Below the pieces are notes generated by a model. It had not been told where the DNA came from and did no database searches. It saw only the letters and a program-made list of their open reading frames with translations. This document shows, in pieces, positions 1 to 13,500 of a DNA stretch of 64,000 nucleotides (position 1 is its first letter; each line of letters begins with the position of its first letter). A program made the translations under genes and the position numbers. The DNA comes from Raillietiella orientalis (Eukaryota). Location: contig JAYWIR010000036.1 in assembly GCA_036172245.1 (NCBI GenBank), forward strand, positions 1,364,001 through 1,428,000, read 5' to 3'.

Positions 1-1407
1 GCCGAAGCTTGCGCCCATCGAAAGCAACTCCTGCCGCTGAAAGCGTGAGCGTGAGCGGTCGCCCCAGACGTTCCCCAAGTCGTGAGTCGCATACAGGCGC
101 GACCTGGGAGAGTTTCGGGGTTGGAATGCTTACCAGATAATCCTATGGCCCTAAAACTTGACAGTTTTCACGCAGCAACTGAGAAAGACGACAGATCCGC
201 TCTGGTGCTCAGCTACCGCATAAAGCTGTGCGCAATTTTTTGCCGGAGGATGAAAAATGGGACTCTAATCGTCCTGACGTACGATTCCAAACGATCGACA
301 TCCCCGGTAGCTCTAACAAAAGACATTTGCATTCTTCGCCGCTTCATTCTCCTCGCTCGTTTTCCATCCCATGCGTTCATTTCGCTGCATTTGGCTTACT
401 TTCGCCCTCATCAACTCGTGTATTCGCAAAAGGACGTACCATAGAGATCCTTTCACGTGGGAGAACGCACGAAAGTGCAACCATCCGCCTTTAATCCGAT
501 TAGAGTCTGAGGATGTGCTCTTAGTGTTTTGTGGGATCAAGGACTCCAGGCTAGAACCGGAACCTACAGCTGTACAACCGTCAGCTTCCTCGCTTTGCGA
601 GGGAAATTGCTTTTCGAGATCTGCATCTTCAAGTCGAATCCAGAAACGCTGGAGGTCAGTCGCGGTTGTTGCTTTATTTGTAAACACCGTTTGACTTGGA
701 TCCGGCATGGAGCACACACAAGTTTCTGAATTTCTGCACAAGTTTTTTTCTTCCTTCTTCTTCTTCCATAGGTTCCTCATATTTGCAACAACAAAAGCAC
801 TGGTCGGGAACTGCGTCATAGAAAGGCGACTGCAAGGATAACATTCCAATACAACAGTGACGTTGAGCGGACACTCGATGACCCTAAGGTTCCTGCACAG
901 GCCAACAAGGCACACAAGTACTTATTCAAGCAAGTGCACTTCACTACAAGGATCAGTGGAACGCAATTACATGTTAGTAAGATAATAATACATACACTAA
1001 CTAAAGGAAAAACCACTTCTTTTTCTTTATGTATATAATTCCAATACAAGTATCATGTATTCTCCATTATTATAAATATAAAACATTTTCGTTATATGAA
1101 ATCTAAATTAATAACTTATAAAAAATTGCAGTTGAATTTTTTACTATTTCCTCCGTAACAAGGTGAAAACGCAACAACTCTTCTTACATGTGGATGCATT
1201 ACGACCGCCGTCGTGGAGAGCGAATAGTTCCTCAAACCCTAAATTTTTCCTTTTCTTAATAATTCTCAAATTCTTCAACTTTCAATCACTGTGTCACAAC
1301 TGGAAAACTTCTTCAAATGAAATGAGGAAATAATGGGTGAAACCCCTCAGTTACCAGGTTTTTTCTCTGACCCTAAGGTCAAGCAAGATACATTACAACG
1401 GGGGCTT

Positions 1408-1557
1408 TCAAGATAAATAAAGTCTGTGATAGTCATTCGCACCAAAGGCAGCATTACACTTGGGACACTTTCTTTGTCTTGTTTCGTACCTCGTGCGAAG
1501 ACAGTCGAAGCAAAAGACATGGAAACACTTAATGAGCACTGCATCTTTCCGTTTCAC
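1408..1557 (-). CDS. Bre1: Bre1 terminal exon encoding most of the C3HC4 RING finger (absent from the ORF track)
   Basis: Acceptor tttctcttcgtag|GTG at 1557. Translates [52 protein letters not shown] (stop at 1408-1410). Confidence 0.96.
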   Translation of the reverse strand: MKRKDAVLIKCFHVFCFDCLRTRYETRQRKCPKCNAAFGANDYHRLYLS

Positions 1558-4500
1558 CTACGAAGAGAAAACATCAGGTGAAACACAGGAATGTGAACAT
1601 TATCCCGTAGTCGTAGCGATTTACTTCGGTTCGGATGCGAAACGCGTGGTTCGGAGTGAACGCCTTGTGCTTTCTCTGTCGAGATTCACACAAAGTCGGT
1701 TGAAAAGCGTCTTAAATGAACGTGAAACACTCTGTGCACCTGAAGGTTTCCGCAGGCTGCCAAGCACCTGTGGCATGGGTCAGCGGGTCAATGGTATCAG
1801 ACGGTAAGACGAAACAAACTCCAACTGCGCATAAACCGTAGCCAACAAACAAACAAACTCCTCAAATCACCATCAGTAATGGTAAGCTCATGGGTGTCGA
1901 AATTCTTTTTATTTCGTTCCATGATGGATACAAAGCTGCACATCTGGGGCAGCGCAATCAATCCGAAAACATCATGAGACTGCTGGAAGCGGTAAAGGAC
2001 CGGGAGAAGAGAGGAACCGAAGCCGTCGATTAGGGAAAGTCATATCGTGGCAAGCGACAAAACCAATTTCAGTTTCGCGAAAGAACGCGCCTCAATAAAT
2101 TATGAAAGAGACGATGGAACGAGCGCACACGAGATGCCGGTCATTGAACACGTAAGATTCTGCGGTTACCGATAAAAACCTCAGATGACCACGATCAATC
2201 ATCACACATCACTTCAGAAGCGTTTCAGGAGTATGTCGAGGCAAAACGGAACAGCATTCCAGAGAAAAGAAAATCAAGCACTATTGGTCTGCTGAGGATG
2301 GGCGGGGAACGAAAGGACACACGTTACAAGGGTGAGGAATCCTCCGATTTCGTGCAGAAATTTTTCCAGTAAGTGAACATGGACCGTGCCTCCCTTCTCC
2401 CTCCAAAAGTTCGAAACCCGCGCAATGCTGTGGCTAAAGTGCAATGGCACGCAGGATGAAAAACACAAACAGAAACTCATCCATGAGCAGAGATGTATGC
2501 TGGAAATGCGCGCCTTCATCGGCATCTGTATCTGGCATCCACAGTAGTTGCCGTGAACAGATAGGAATCAAAAACAGTGTAGTGTAACTTATCCATTGTG
2601 ATCAAAATGAAGGGAAGTGTGTTTCTTCAGGTTGAACATGTTGGTCGGTCACAAGTTCCATCTACAGCAGTAAAGCAAACCCTCCTTCGGACTGTCCAAA
2701 TGAAGATTTCCTCAAACCATAAGGACGAAAAATTTTTTTTTTTTTAAAAGAATAAAATAAAATAAAACACGAAGACAGTAACGTGAATGCAGGTTTTTTA
2801 AGACAAAAAAAAATCACTCGCTACGTAAATTCACCCAATTTAACCTTTGAGCCAAAAACAAACACGACTGACTTTAGCAACCACTTCCTGAAACATTTCG
2901 CTTCCCAAACAGTTAAATTATTAAATCTGAAAACCTCGAATCCACTTAAACAGCTCGAAGAACATCACAATGGGTGGTGCTTGCGTGTCAACAGGCTCCT
3001 GTCCTTGTCGACGTGAACTCTCATCCTGAATCAACAAACCTTAGCAGTTTCCAAGTGACGCATCTAATACAAAAATCCCTCCATCGCTTGATTTTCTAAA
3101 CGGCCTTCTGTTCACAAGCCACCTCTGGCACCTTGCGAAAAGCTTTTCGGACCTTCTAAGGCCCCTTCATCCCAACGGGAACTGCACTGGCACAACGCGC
3201 ACACGAAAACGCTGGCCATTCACAACCGGGTCGCCATCCTTTCGGTTCGAGAACACGACTTCATGGTTCGACCGCAATGCAAAGCACAAGAACTAATGGC
3301 ACTCCCCAGAATGCTCAAATCTCGGTCATCGGAAAATTCTGCAACGATAGACGATGTCAAAGATCTGATAGTTCCTTGTGCTAGCATTTGACAACCCGCA
3401 ATCATTCCTATAGTTTTTACATTGCAAGCCTGCTGTAAATCTTATCTTAAAAGTCACGCGCTCTTTCGTGGAGACATGGAAAATGGAGTTCGCAAGAAGT
3501 AACAGAACGAAAAGGAATAATCATACAGCCGCAATCTTTTCGGAGACAACGCATGAGAGAGTTGAGACTGGGATGCGAAAGATTCAAAAAGCCATACCGA
3601 GAACAATTCAACGACCGCACGACGGAGGAGGGATGGGGAACTCCATTTGCAATTTGTTTTACAACTGCCAAAATCAAAACACAGCACAATCCGGTACAGC
3701 AAAGGAGCCCTTGAAAGGAGCGAACTCGGATAACGTGAATGAACTCTTACTATGCACAGCTCTTAATTTAATGACCCCACGAAATTCAAGGAAGTTGTGA
3801 TTTTTTATCACAACCCCGAACCGGATGACTACACGCACATTTTTGAAATCAACGGAAAACAAGAAAAGAAACTGCCGCAGGAGAAAGGGAATCGAAGAGT
3901 ATCGTGGAGACGGGAACAGAGAATGTCTTCCGCTGTCACCTGCGACAATTTCCAATACAGAACAAGGTTCCAGGTAGCGAAAACACACGAAAGTTAAGGA
4001 GATTACATAAACTGGACGAGAATCTTTCTTAACAAGCAAAGGTGGCCTTGGAGGCACTTCAAAGCACAGATAAGCACATTCTCGAGACCAGATTCTCAAA
4101 GCGAGAAACTCTGAGAATAAATGTACCGGACTAATGAGCTGCGCCGGACGAACCCAAGTAACAGTAAAGTACTTGGCAATCTCGGCACACGCGTCGTCTA
4201 CCATTCTACTCTAACATCTGAAACCGAAAGTCACGTAACCTTGAGGATGTCACAAATGCTCCCACGTGCACTGACGCTTCGAAAGTTTTTGTGCTACGAT
4301 TTCTACGGTGCCCGACATTTGGCACCGTCGTTCACCGTTTGTTCTTTCGTGAAACGCCTTCTTATCGGTGCCCTCTTCCCGTTCATTCGCACCCAAAACC
4401 AAACGAAACGAAACAAGGGGATGTGCTGTCCTGAAGAAAGTAGTCAAGCAACCACACGGAGGAAAGTAACTGCGATTCCGCTGGCTCAGTTTCATTTGAA

Positions 4501-7500
4501 TGAGTCAAGATGATCGCGCACGTGGCCTTTTCCCCCGCATTCGTTCAGGAAGAGGAAAAAAAACGATGTCAACAGTCTGCTGAGCTCTGCTGAAGGAAAC
4601 AAATCTTCGGACACGATTTCAAAAGTGTCCGGAAGCGAATCCTGAACCCATTTCGAAAGACTGAAATCGACCGTTCGATTTTCGACTGCTTCGGCTCCAG
4701 GCCTCGAACTTTTTTCGTATCATCTATGAGAGGGCGAGATTATCGCCAAAGAGTCCAACGAGTCTGAAGAAACACGGATAGAAGCTTGAAACGGGAATCA
4801 CAATTCGAACTCAAGTCATCCACGGAACGGAATGTTCCAGATTACGGTGATACAATTAGCATTGGAAACAGGAACGGTACTTTCGCAAAATTTACAACCA
4901 CTGAGTCTTCTACGTGTAGGGTAATCATAAATGCGGGTAACTCGAATCTGCTTCGACTGTTGGACTTTAAAACTCCTTTCTTTCCGGGTATCCTCAAGAA
5001 GCTACTTTACCTTGCACGACGGGCACGTCAATTGATCTTTGTATTCTTTATTTTCTGCAGTAAGCACTTCATCCACAGTGGATGCCATTTCGAACTTCTT
5101 CGACCGTTCTACCTTTCTCCGAAGACTGGCATTATCCTCCTGGGGAAATTCACACCAATCAACGAAAGCACAACAACGCAAGTTTAGTTTACCTGCAGAC
5201 GAAGAGTTTTGTACGCTTCCGCTTCCAAAGCTGAAGTCTTTTCTGCTACCGTTTGCTGTGCTTCTTTTACTTGCGAATGATACTTTTCTGCAAACAAGAT
5301 CTCCATACTCTTAAGCGAAAGAATGAGCTACCTAGATGAAGCTTCAGATCGGCAGCACTCTGGGCACTCTCGATGGCCTTCCTTTTATGCATCTCTAAAG
5401 CTTGCTGACGTAGATTTAACTCTTTTTCTATCAAGGATATATTGTTTTGTAATATGCGTTCCTTTTCCTCCAGCTTTCTCACCACCTGATTCTGGGCTTC
5501 TACTTGTGTTCGCAAAGTGCTCACCTGAAACGTGCAGATTTTTGCTGCTCACAAAATCAATGTAAGGAAATAATCACTCCTTCAGGGAAACAAAACAAAA
5601 CGAAACAAATGAGTTTAGAAAGGCAACAAAAATACCATGGGATTTAGGAGAGAAAAAAAACAAGATAATTACGTACATTATAATCTGATTTTTTCCTTTT
5701 TTTATTTCTATGGTGGAAAATGTTCTCCTTACTTTATGGCAAAGAAAACCTCTCTTCCTCTTCCCCTAGCTTTGTTGAAAGCTGTACTTAAGAACACACC
5801 TATGGCACACATACAGTGTGAAATATTGCGAGTTGAATTAGAGGGTATTGGTACACTGTGAATCTGGCCGGAGTCATTACCGGTCACAAACACAAACAGA
5901 ATTTCTCAAGAGAAAAACATACAATTGAGAAAAACATGTGGGTGAGCTGACTGAGATTGCAAGCAAGGAGACATAAACAGTGTGGCGATCAAATATTCAC
6001 ACGAATCTTAAGAAACAAACACTTTCAACATCTCTATCATTTTTGAGTCTATACTTAGAAGGAGGGTCAAAACAATGTAATGATGAAAATGAAAAAATCC
6101 GATAAAAAATAATGGTGCGCTTTCCCATATCATAACAAACATTACTGGTGAAGGTGGCTGGTGAAGGACAAGTATGAGTGATCTACAGAATTTAAAGGCA
6201 ACGGGTGGCATTAACAGGAAAGAGCGAAATTATCAAAAAATAACTCTGAAACTACTATCACTGCCTCATGTACTTCGCTAAAACCTACAAGCCAAAAGTC
6301 AACGCAGTAGCTGGAACTACAAGATTTGATTCTGAGATCTCCGTATTAATGGTTTTCTACTTAAAAACCAAAGTTCCTCGTGCTCCATGGATTTGAAAAC
6401 AACATTGAGAGAACAGACAGAGTGTTTGTTAAATTAGGTTTTCTGAAAAAACATGTGTTATGCAGTCAAGAAAAAATTACATGAAAATCTTGATATTTTG
6501 CTAAATAAGAAACCAGCACTGCATACAACGAAAATAAATGATACTACAGAAGAAAGTATAGACTTAAAATAAATTCACAAACTAAACTAATACTTTTCCA
6601 TTTTACCTGCTCTATGAGCATCTCCTTTTCATCTGTTACTAATTTGTGAATCTGATTCGACTTTATGCGTTCAGACATCAATTTGAAATTGGCATCGTCT
6701 TTTTGTCGTAGCTGCTGTATAAGCCTGATGTTTTGTTCTTGCATGTCTTCAAATGCCTGTCCGGTTACTTCCATTTCATTTAGCAGGGCCTCTTCCTCCT
6801 GCTTCTGGGCCTGAACCTGCTTTTGGAGCTGATGGATTTTTTCCTCCTGCTGACGAATCCTCCTCGTAAGTTCTTCATCAGAAGCTTTTTTACTGTCCTC
6901 ACGCTTACTTTCCTAAAGTATATTACGTCATCGTATTCCTAGTTAAATCCACTACCTGAATGGCCTTTTTCAATTGCTGCTTTAGACTTTCTATTTCCTC
7001 TTTGGCTTTTTTTTCAGTTGCCATCAACTGAACTTTGTCTCTTTTATCTTTGGCAACACCTTTATACATATCCAACAATAGTTTCATTTCTTTCTGTTCA
7101 CACTGAGCCTTCCTAAAAGCATATTTCATTTATAAAAGGTGCAACAACTTTCTGATTTTACTTAAAGCATGCACAAAGCTATGCAATGCAAACCACACAC
7201 CAAACGAAATAACTGACTCAGTGACGATTGAATACTTGAAAAATCTCACATTTAAAAGTAACGAAAGTCAGGAAATAATTTCCATTAACAGATTATAATC
7301 ACTATCGTAAATGCATACAATTACTGTATTATTATTATAATGCATTAAGAAAAGCATTTTTTACAAGAAAAACGTAAACAGTTAACTTAAATGCAGCTGA
7401 AATGGATTTCAACTGCATCTAGGTTGACTGAAAGTTCAAGAGTATCAAAAAGTTCATTGATACTAATGAAAACCGCAATGTCGTTAGTACCCACGAAAAG

Positions 7501-10500
7501 GAACAACAATAAGGCATACAAAAATTCAAACTAAAAAATTTGTAAAAAAAAAAAACATACATATATATATATGTTTATACATATATATATACATACATAC
7601 ACATATACATACAACACTAAGATAACAAAGAAATACAACTGAAAAAAAGTTGAGAATAATGACAAAGGACAGAAATGATCTAAAAGAAACGTAAATGAAA
7701 ACTTTGCAAAACTCTACAAACTAGTGAAATTACTTTCAGCACCTGGTAAATCACAAAAAGGTAAAAAACAGCATGAATTAAAATTATTCGATTCAGCATT
7801 TACTCTGCTTAAGATACATGCTCACTAGAGAAAAGTCCCATTTGGAAATGGGAGATTTAAAAGTGGGAGGAATTTAGAGTTAATGGAACATACTTAAGCT
7901 GGGCTTTTAAATCTCTTGCTTCGGATTCAAGTGCTTTCAATTGCCCTTTTAATTCTTTATTTTCGGGTTCAAGAGCCATTTCTTTTTTAATCTCATGCTT
8001 AGTATCTGGTTTGATCTCTTTTTTCAACTCTTTTTTCGTGTCATGATTACTTGTATGACTTGAATCTTTTATGCACAACTGCTTTAGAAACAAAAACATA
8101 TTTTTACATAATTCCTATTCCATATATTTTTTAAATAATAATTTATTACATTTAATCAATGAAAACAAAATGCAATATGATTTCTAACGAAACCTTTTCG
8201 ATCTCTTCTTCATTCTTTACTCTTCTCTCTTGCTTTATGGGGATGTTTTCAACTAAGTCTTCCACAGTTTGTAATTCATTCTCATCTTTAACATGATTTT
8301 CTGAAGGCTGCAAAGCATGTATCTGAGCTTGCAAAACTTGTTTCTGATGATTCACATCTCCAAAATCTTTTTTCAACTGTAAACGAAAAGTAGTTTAATC
8401 ATAAAAAGCAAGTCAAAAAAAATACCAAGAAAATAAGAAGCAAGTTTAGAAAAATTTTAAATACATTCAATGAATCATTATGCAAATTTATTTAGATTGT
8501 TTAAAACCCCTTCCTACTGAAATTTCCTTCTGAAAAGAGATAACAACCATGGGATTCTTATCTCATGTTCATACTCGAATGAATAATCTAAAATTTACTA
8601 AATGAATCAACCAAAAAATTTTAAAGTACCTTAATTAATTCTGCTACATTCTCCTTGAATTTTTTTTTGTACCGATTAAGGTCACCACGTAACTGATGCA
8701 CATGCTTTTGTAAAGATGTGATGAGATAACGCATTTCACGATTAATTGGTTCTGTTTGTTCGTTGGCAGTAAGATTTTGCTCAAACTCTATTCGAAGCAT
8801 CTCATATTCTTTTCTTAACTGGGCAAGCATGTCTTCTAATTGAATGACTTCAGTTCGCAACTTCTTCTGGGATAACAATTCTTCACTCTAAAAAACGTTA
8901 CAACTAAAAAAAGCATTCTCCTATGCAAGGAAATCAATAAACCTACTCATGAAACATAAAAACACCCATAAGCAATCATAAAACTCATGAATTTCAATTC
9001 TCCTGAGATCATTCATTATGAGATTTTTTTTTTTTTTTTTGCACATAAAATATTTCAATACACCAATGAAACGGAACCGATTATTAATGGAAAGGTTTTC
9101 TTTTAATGAGTGCTTTCTTTGATTGGAGAAGTTAGTAATACTTCTGTAATCCAAATCAAAAATTACTAAAAAAAATTATTTTTTTTTTTAAAAAAATGAA
9201 GGGCAATAAGGGATACGTACGCGTTTCCATTAGAACTATAAGCAATAATGATTTGATTTTCATAAGGATTACTGAAAATAATCTCTAATAGCTTTATATA
9301 ATTCTGCAAACAAAATCGTAAAACCAAATACCAAAACTTTAAGCAAAGGATGTTATCGATATGCACTTAAAATCACCAATAATAAACTAATTTAATTTTA
9401 CAACGGTCCAAGAAAGTGGTATTAAAAATATGTAGAAATTTGTTCAATGGGCAGCAGCTCTGAAATGTGGTACATGCTGCATGAAGGATCTTTAAAAATA
9501 CATGTCTCAATAAATTGTAAATTGTTTGTAGTTGAAAACTACTTCAGTTATCATTATTTAACAACACAAAATGTGTGAATTCTGGAAAATGTAGGTGCCA
9601 TATAAAAATGTTTTTAAGATACAGCATCATTTGCAAATATATTCATCTAAGAAGTGATCCAACAAACTTTCACATTCTTCTAGATCTTCCAACTGACCCA
9701 AACTACCTTATTAAAATGAAATACTCAATGACTTTGTTTAAGAAAGAAAAAAAAAAAACATTCGTTTGAAAACGATACTTCTTGAAGGTCGGTTTCCATT
9801 ACATTAGACAACAATTACGTCTTCATCTACAGTAAGTAAAAATTCAACATTACTACATTGCTGAAACTCAATTGGTTGAATTCACGCACTGAAATTCATA
9901 AAATGGAATACTGCTTTTGCTACTGAATTATGAGAACTTCAAGTTTAAATAGTTAACTGCACTTCAAAACAGTTTGACAGTAAATACCTCCATCTGCTCT
10001 ATCTGTCTCAAATGAGCATTTTTACTAGTCTGAAGAACTGTTCTAGTTTCATCTAACATAGTCTTTAGTTGCATAGATTCATTATATAAGACACTGTACT
10101 GAGATTGCAGGCACTTGTACTCTGTGGTCTCAACAATAACTGATTCAGGTAACTGACGAATCTGAAAGGAAAAAAATATGACGTCTCTCTTGTATTTCTG
10201 ATACCAAAGATTAATGCAAAAGGAATCGAGAAAACCAGTTTGTGGATACGACTAACCCTAACGATAACCGGCTACTTGAAAATCAGTTCAGTACAAGGTC
10301 ATTTGAGAGTTTAACAGCCAATATTGACAAGCAATTGTACATTATAAGTCTGATGAATCAACGCATAGTCAAGAGATACTGTGTAGCACAAGTTCCGATC
10401 GTAAGAACACAACCAAATATTGCCTAGATCTTGAAAAACAGATCATTTATTTTTAAAAAAAATTACATTTATAGAGGAATAGATCCACGGAAAAGATTTG

Positions 10501-13500
10501 GAATAAATAAGTCAATTCTCATATTTGAGAATCATTTTTGGTAATTCTCAAATGTGTTAGTATTTATCACTGTTTTCATTGGATACTTATTCCTATAGCT
10601 TCTTCATGAGAACTTTGAAAGAGAAACTTAGCTGAAAAAGGGAGCTAATGAAAAACATTAAGAAACATAATAAAATGAAAACTGAACAATGAAATCTCAA
10701 AACATTTAAGGCACAGTCCACATTTTTCATGTAAACAAGCCTCTACCTAGGAGTACTCTAAAGAAATAAAAATAGTAGCAACAGTAAGAAACTGACAAAT
10801 GCTTTGACACATATTTGCATACTTGCTAATAACTCATCTCTTTGGAAGATGAGTTAATAACACACTAACTACTATGGGGCAAATTAAAAAAGACGCTGTT
10901 ATAAAAAAAAACATACACACAAATTTGCACAAATAGTTCCTGAGATCAACATGCTGTTGACATAATAATCACCAAGAGTTAGCCAACCATTTCTTATATG
11001 CTTTTTACATAAAAAGTAATCAAAATAAGAATATATCTACGATTTTGATTAAAGTTCGATCCTTTCTCATGCTCACCATTTGAAAATACAGATACACAAA
11101 GAAAGAATGCTCTCTAACAAAAATCTGGAACACTAACAGGGTATAAATAATGTTGGGAAAAAAGATGAAGTACGAAGACAAGAAGTGCCAAAGAAAAAAT
11201 ACCAGTTTAAGGACTACTCAAAAATCAATAAGCAATCACTAATAGTTATTACGAAACAATTGGGCAATATGGCAAACATTTTCTGAATTTCATAAGAATT
11301 TTCTCCTTAAGCTAGTGTGAATTCCAGAGATTTACATGATTAAATTGAAATAAATGATTAATAATGATCTGAAACCTACATTTCTATCAAATGTGCTGGT
11401 TAAATGTAAGCACACCAAGATGTATAATTTTTAGGCATAAAACTAATCATAAATTCGAAAATAAAAAACATGATCTCATTCACTTAAGAACTGCAACGTA
11501 TATAATAATTAAGCATTTTCATATATATTTTTTATGGCAGTTACTAGGAATGTATACCTGAAGCTTCAAAGACAAATCTGTTTGTCACTTTACAAGCATT
11601 CTCGAAAACTTGCTTACTTAATATGCAAGTATTCCAAAACTTTAAAGATCACACGTTATGAAGAATATTTTCACGTCTACTGTAAGATAGTCGAAAAAGA
11701 TGCCCATTTTAACTCGCATTTTCTTCAAAACAATGCTCATATTTTTTACAAAAAAAACATTCCAAACGCATTTTGGGCTTGAAAAGCAATTGGTGTTTTG
11801 CTGCAATCTTTACTTAAATATAAAAAAAGATTCGTGAAAATTTCATATCAACTTATCACTCATTTGCGGAATATCTGCGATCTGAAAATGTGGTCAGACA
11901 TATTCTTGCAATTCTGTTGTACACATATGCAACAGAATTGCAAGAATATGCAGAAATGCAAGATTTAAACTATCAATGTTACATGAAGTTAGATTTCATT
12001 AAATGATCAATAGTGATCCAATGAGACAAACATTGACTGCATTGGATACTTTTGGAGAAGACGAGGAAGATCAAAAATAATACTATATTTCTGACAAATA
12101 TTAAATAAAAAACATTCCCATTTCTGAAGAAAATTTTTGCGGTACTAATAAACCATTTTTGAAATGCATCACAATGGCCAATAATGATGATATGTAATCA
12201 CATGTATGACTCTTGTCCTTGAAAATATGAAGTTCCAAATGATGAAACTTTTATCAATAAATATCAGTCTGAGCATGACATACTTATACAATATAATTGA
12301 CATGATGCAACAATCTTCACAAAACATTCTTCAGCATTATTATGATGCAACAATCTTCACAAAACGAAAAGACAAGCTCAGACTTAAATGGTAAACAATG
12401 AAATAACATTCATACAGCATCTCAACATTCTTTTTGCATTGTCCACAGTATATTATTTAACTTTGGTTTACTGTCATCTCCATCCACTTTAGTGAATTTA
12501 GTGCAAAATCTAATGCACTTACAAAACAATATCAAGAAAATGACATCAGACATCATTGTGACAGGCAAATAGCAAATAATGCTGAAGTTTTACGATAATA
12601 ATAGATCATATTCATCAAATTATTTATTTATCGACCGAATTTATATTTTTTGGAACTGAAAGTTGGTAGATGTACTCATAAACCTGTAATTTTTAGAAAA
12701 TTGCATCTCATGAAAATGTAATTTTCAGAAAAGGGGTAATTTTTTTATTTATATTACACTAAAACCAGAATGCAAAGAAAGCAGATGCTACAATGAAATA
12801 TGAAACATAAAGAAAATGTTGGATTATACACATATAGCAAATAATGCACTAAAAAAATTATAATCATATCCATTATTACTGCCTAAATAGTGAATTCACT
12901 TGAGATAACCCAATAGCACACTTGAAGAACAAATATAAGCAGTCGAAATGTTCGATGTATCCTTAGTTACATGCATTAACTTTATATCAAATCTTTGAAC
13001 AGCAGAAATATTGCATGCTCTATAAAGAGAATCCTTACATCCATTTTTAATTTTTCAACTTCTTGAAGAGCTTCTTTGTGGGCATGGTGCAATTTTTCTA
13101 ATTCTTGCAATCGATTTGCAGATAACTCTCTCTGCTCCTCTAGTTCCTGTTCCATATCTTCCAACTATGAAGAAAGCACATGTTAAATGACTGAAATCTA
13201 ACACAATTTGGATTGTAAAAAAAAAAAAAAATTGGAAACAAGAACTGTCTTTGCATATTATTTAACCTATGGTGAAAGTTTATTTGATGATAAAATTTTT
13301 AGTTTATTTCACTGAATTTACTCTTTCGCATTTATACTTGAAAAGCGGACATCTACCTTAGTTCTGGTAATAGATGCAACTTGCCCTTTACTTTTTTCTT
13401 CTCCTTCTGCTGATAACTGATACGTTTTTAGCTTTTCCAATGCTTCAGCCAAATGGGTTTCCAATTTTTCAGCTTGGTGTTTGCTTTTACTAAGTTCATA

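Noticed and set aside
12302..12365. 24-bp direct repeat atgatgcaacaatcttcacaaaac x2 (also a 15-bp pair near 41416/41473)
   Set aside because: Only two copies, in intronic or intergenic eukaryotic DNA. A local slippage duplication, not a CRISPR-like array.
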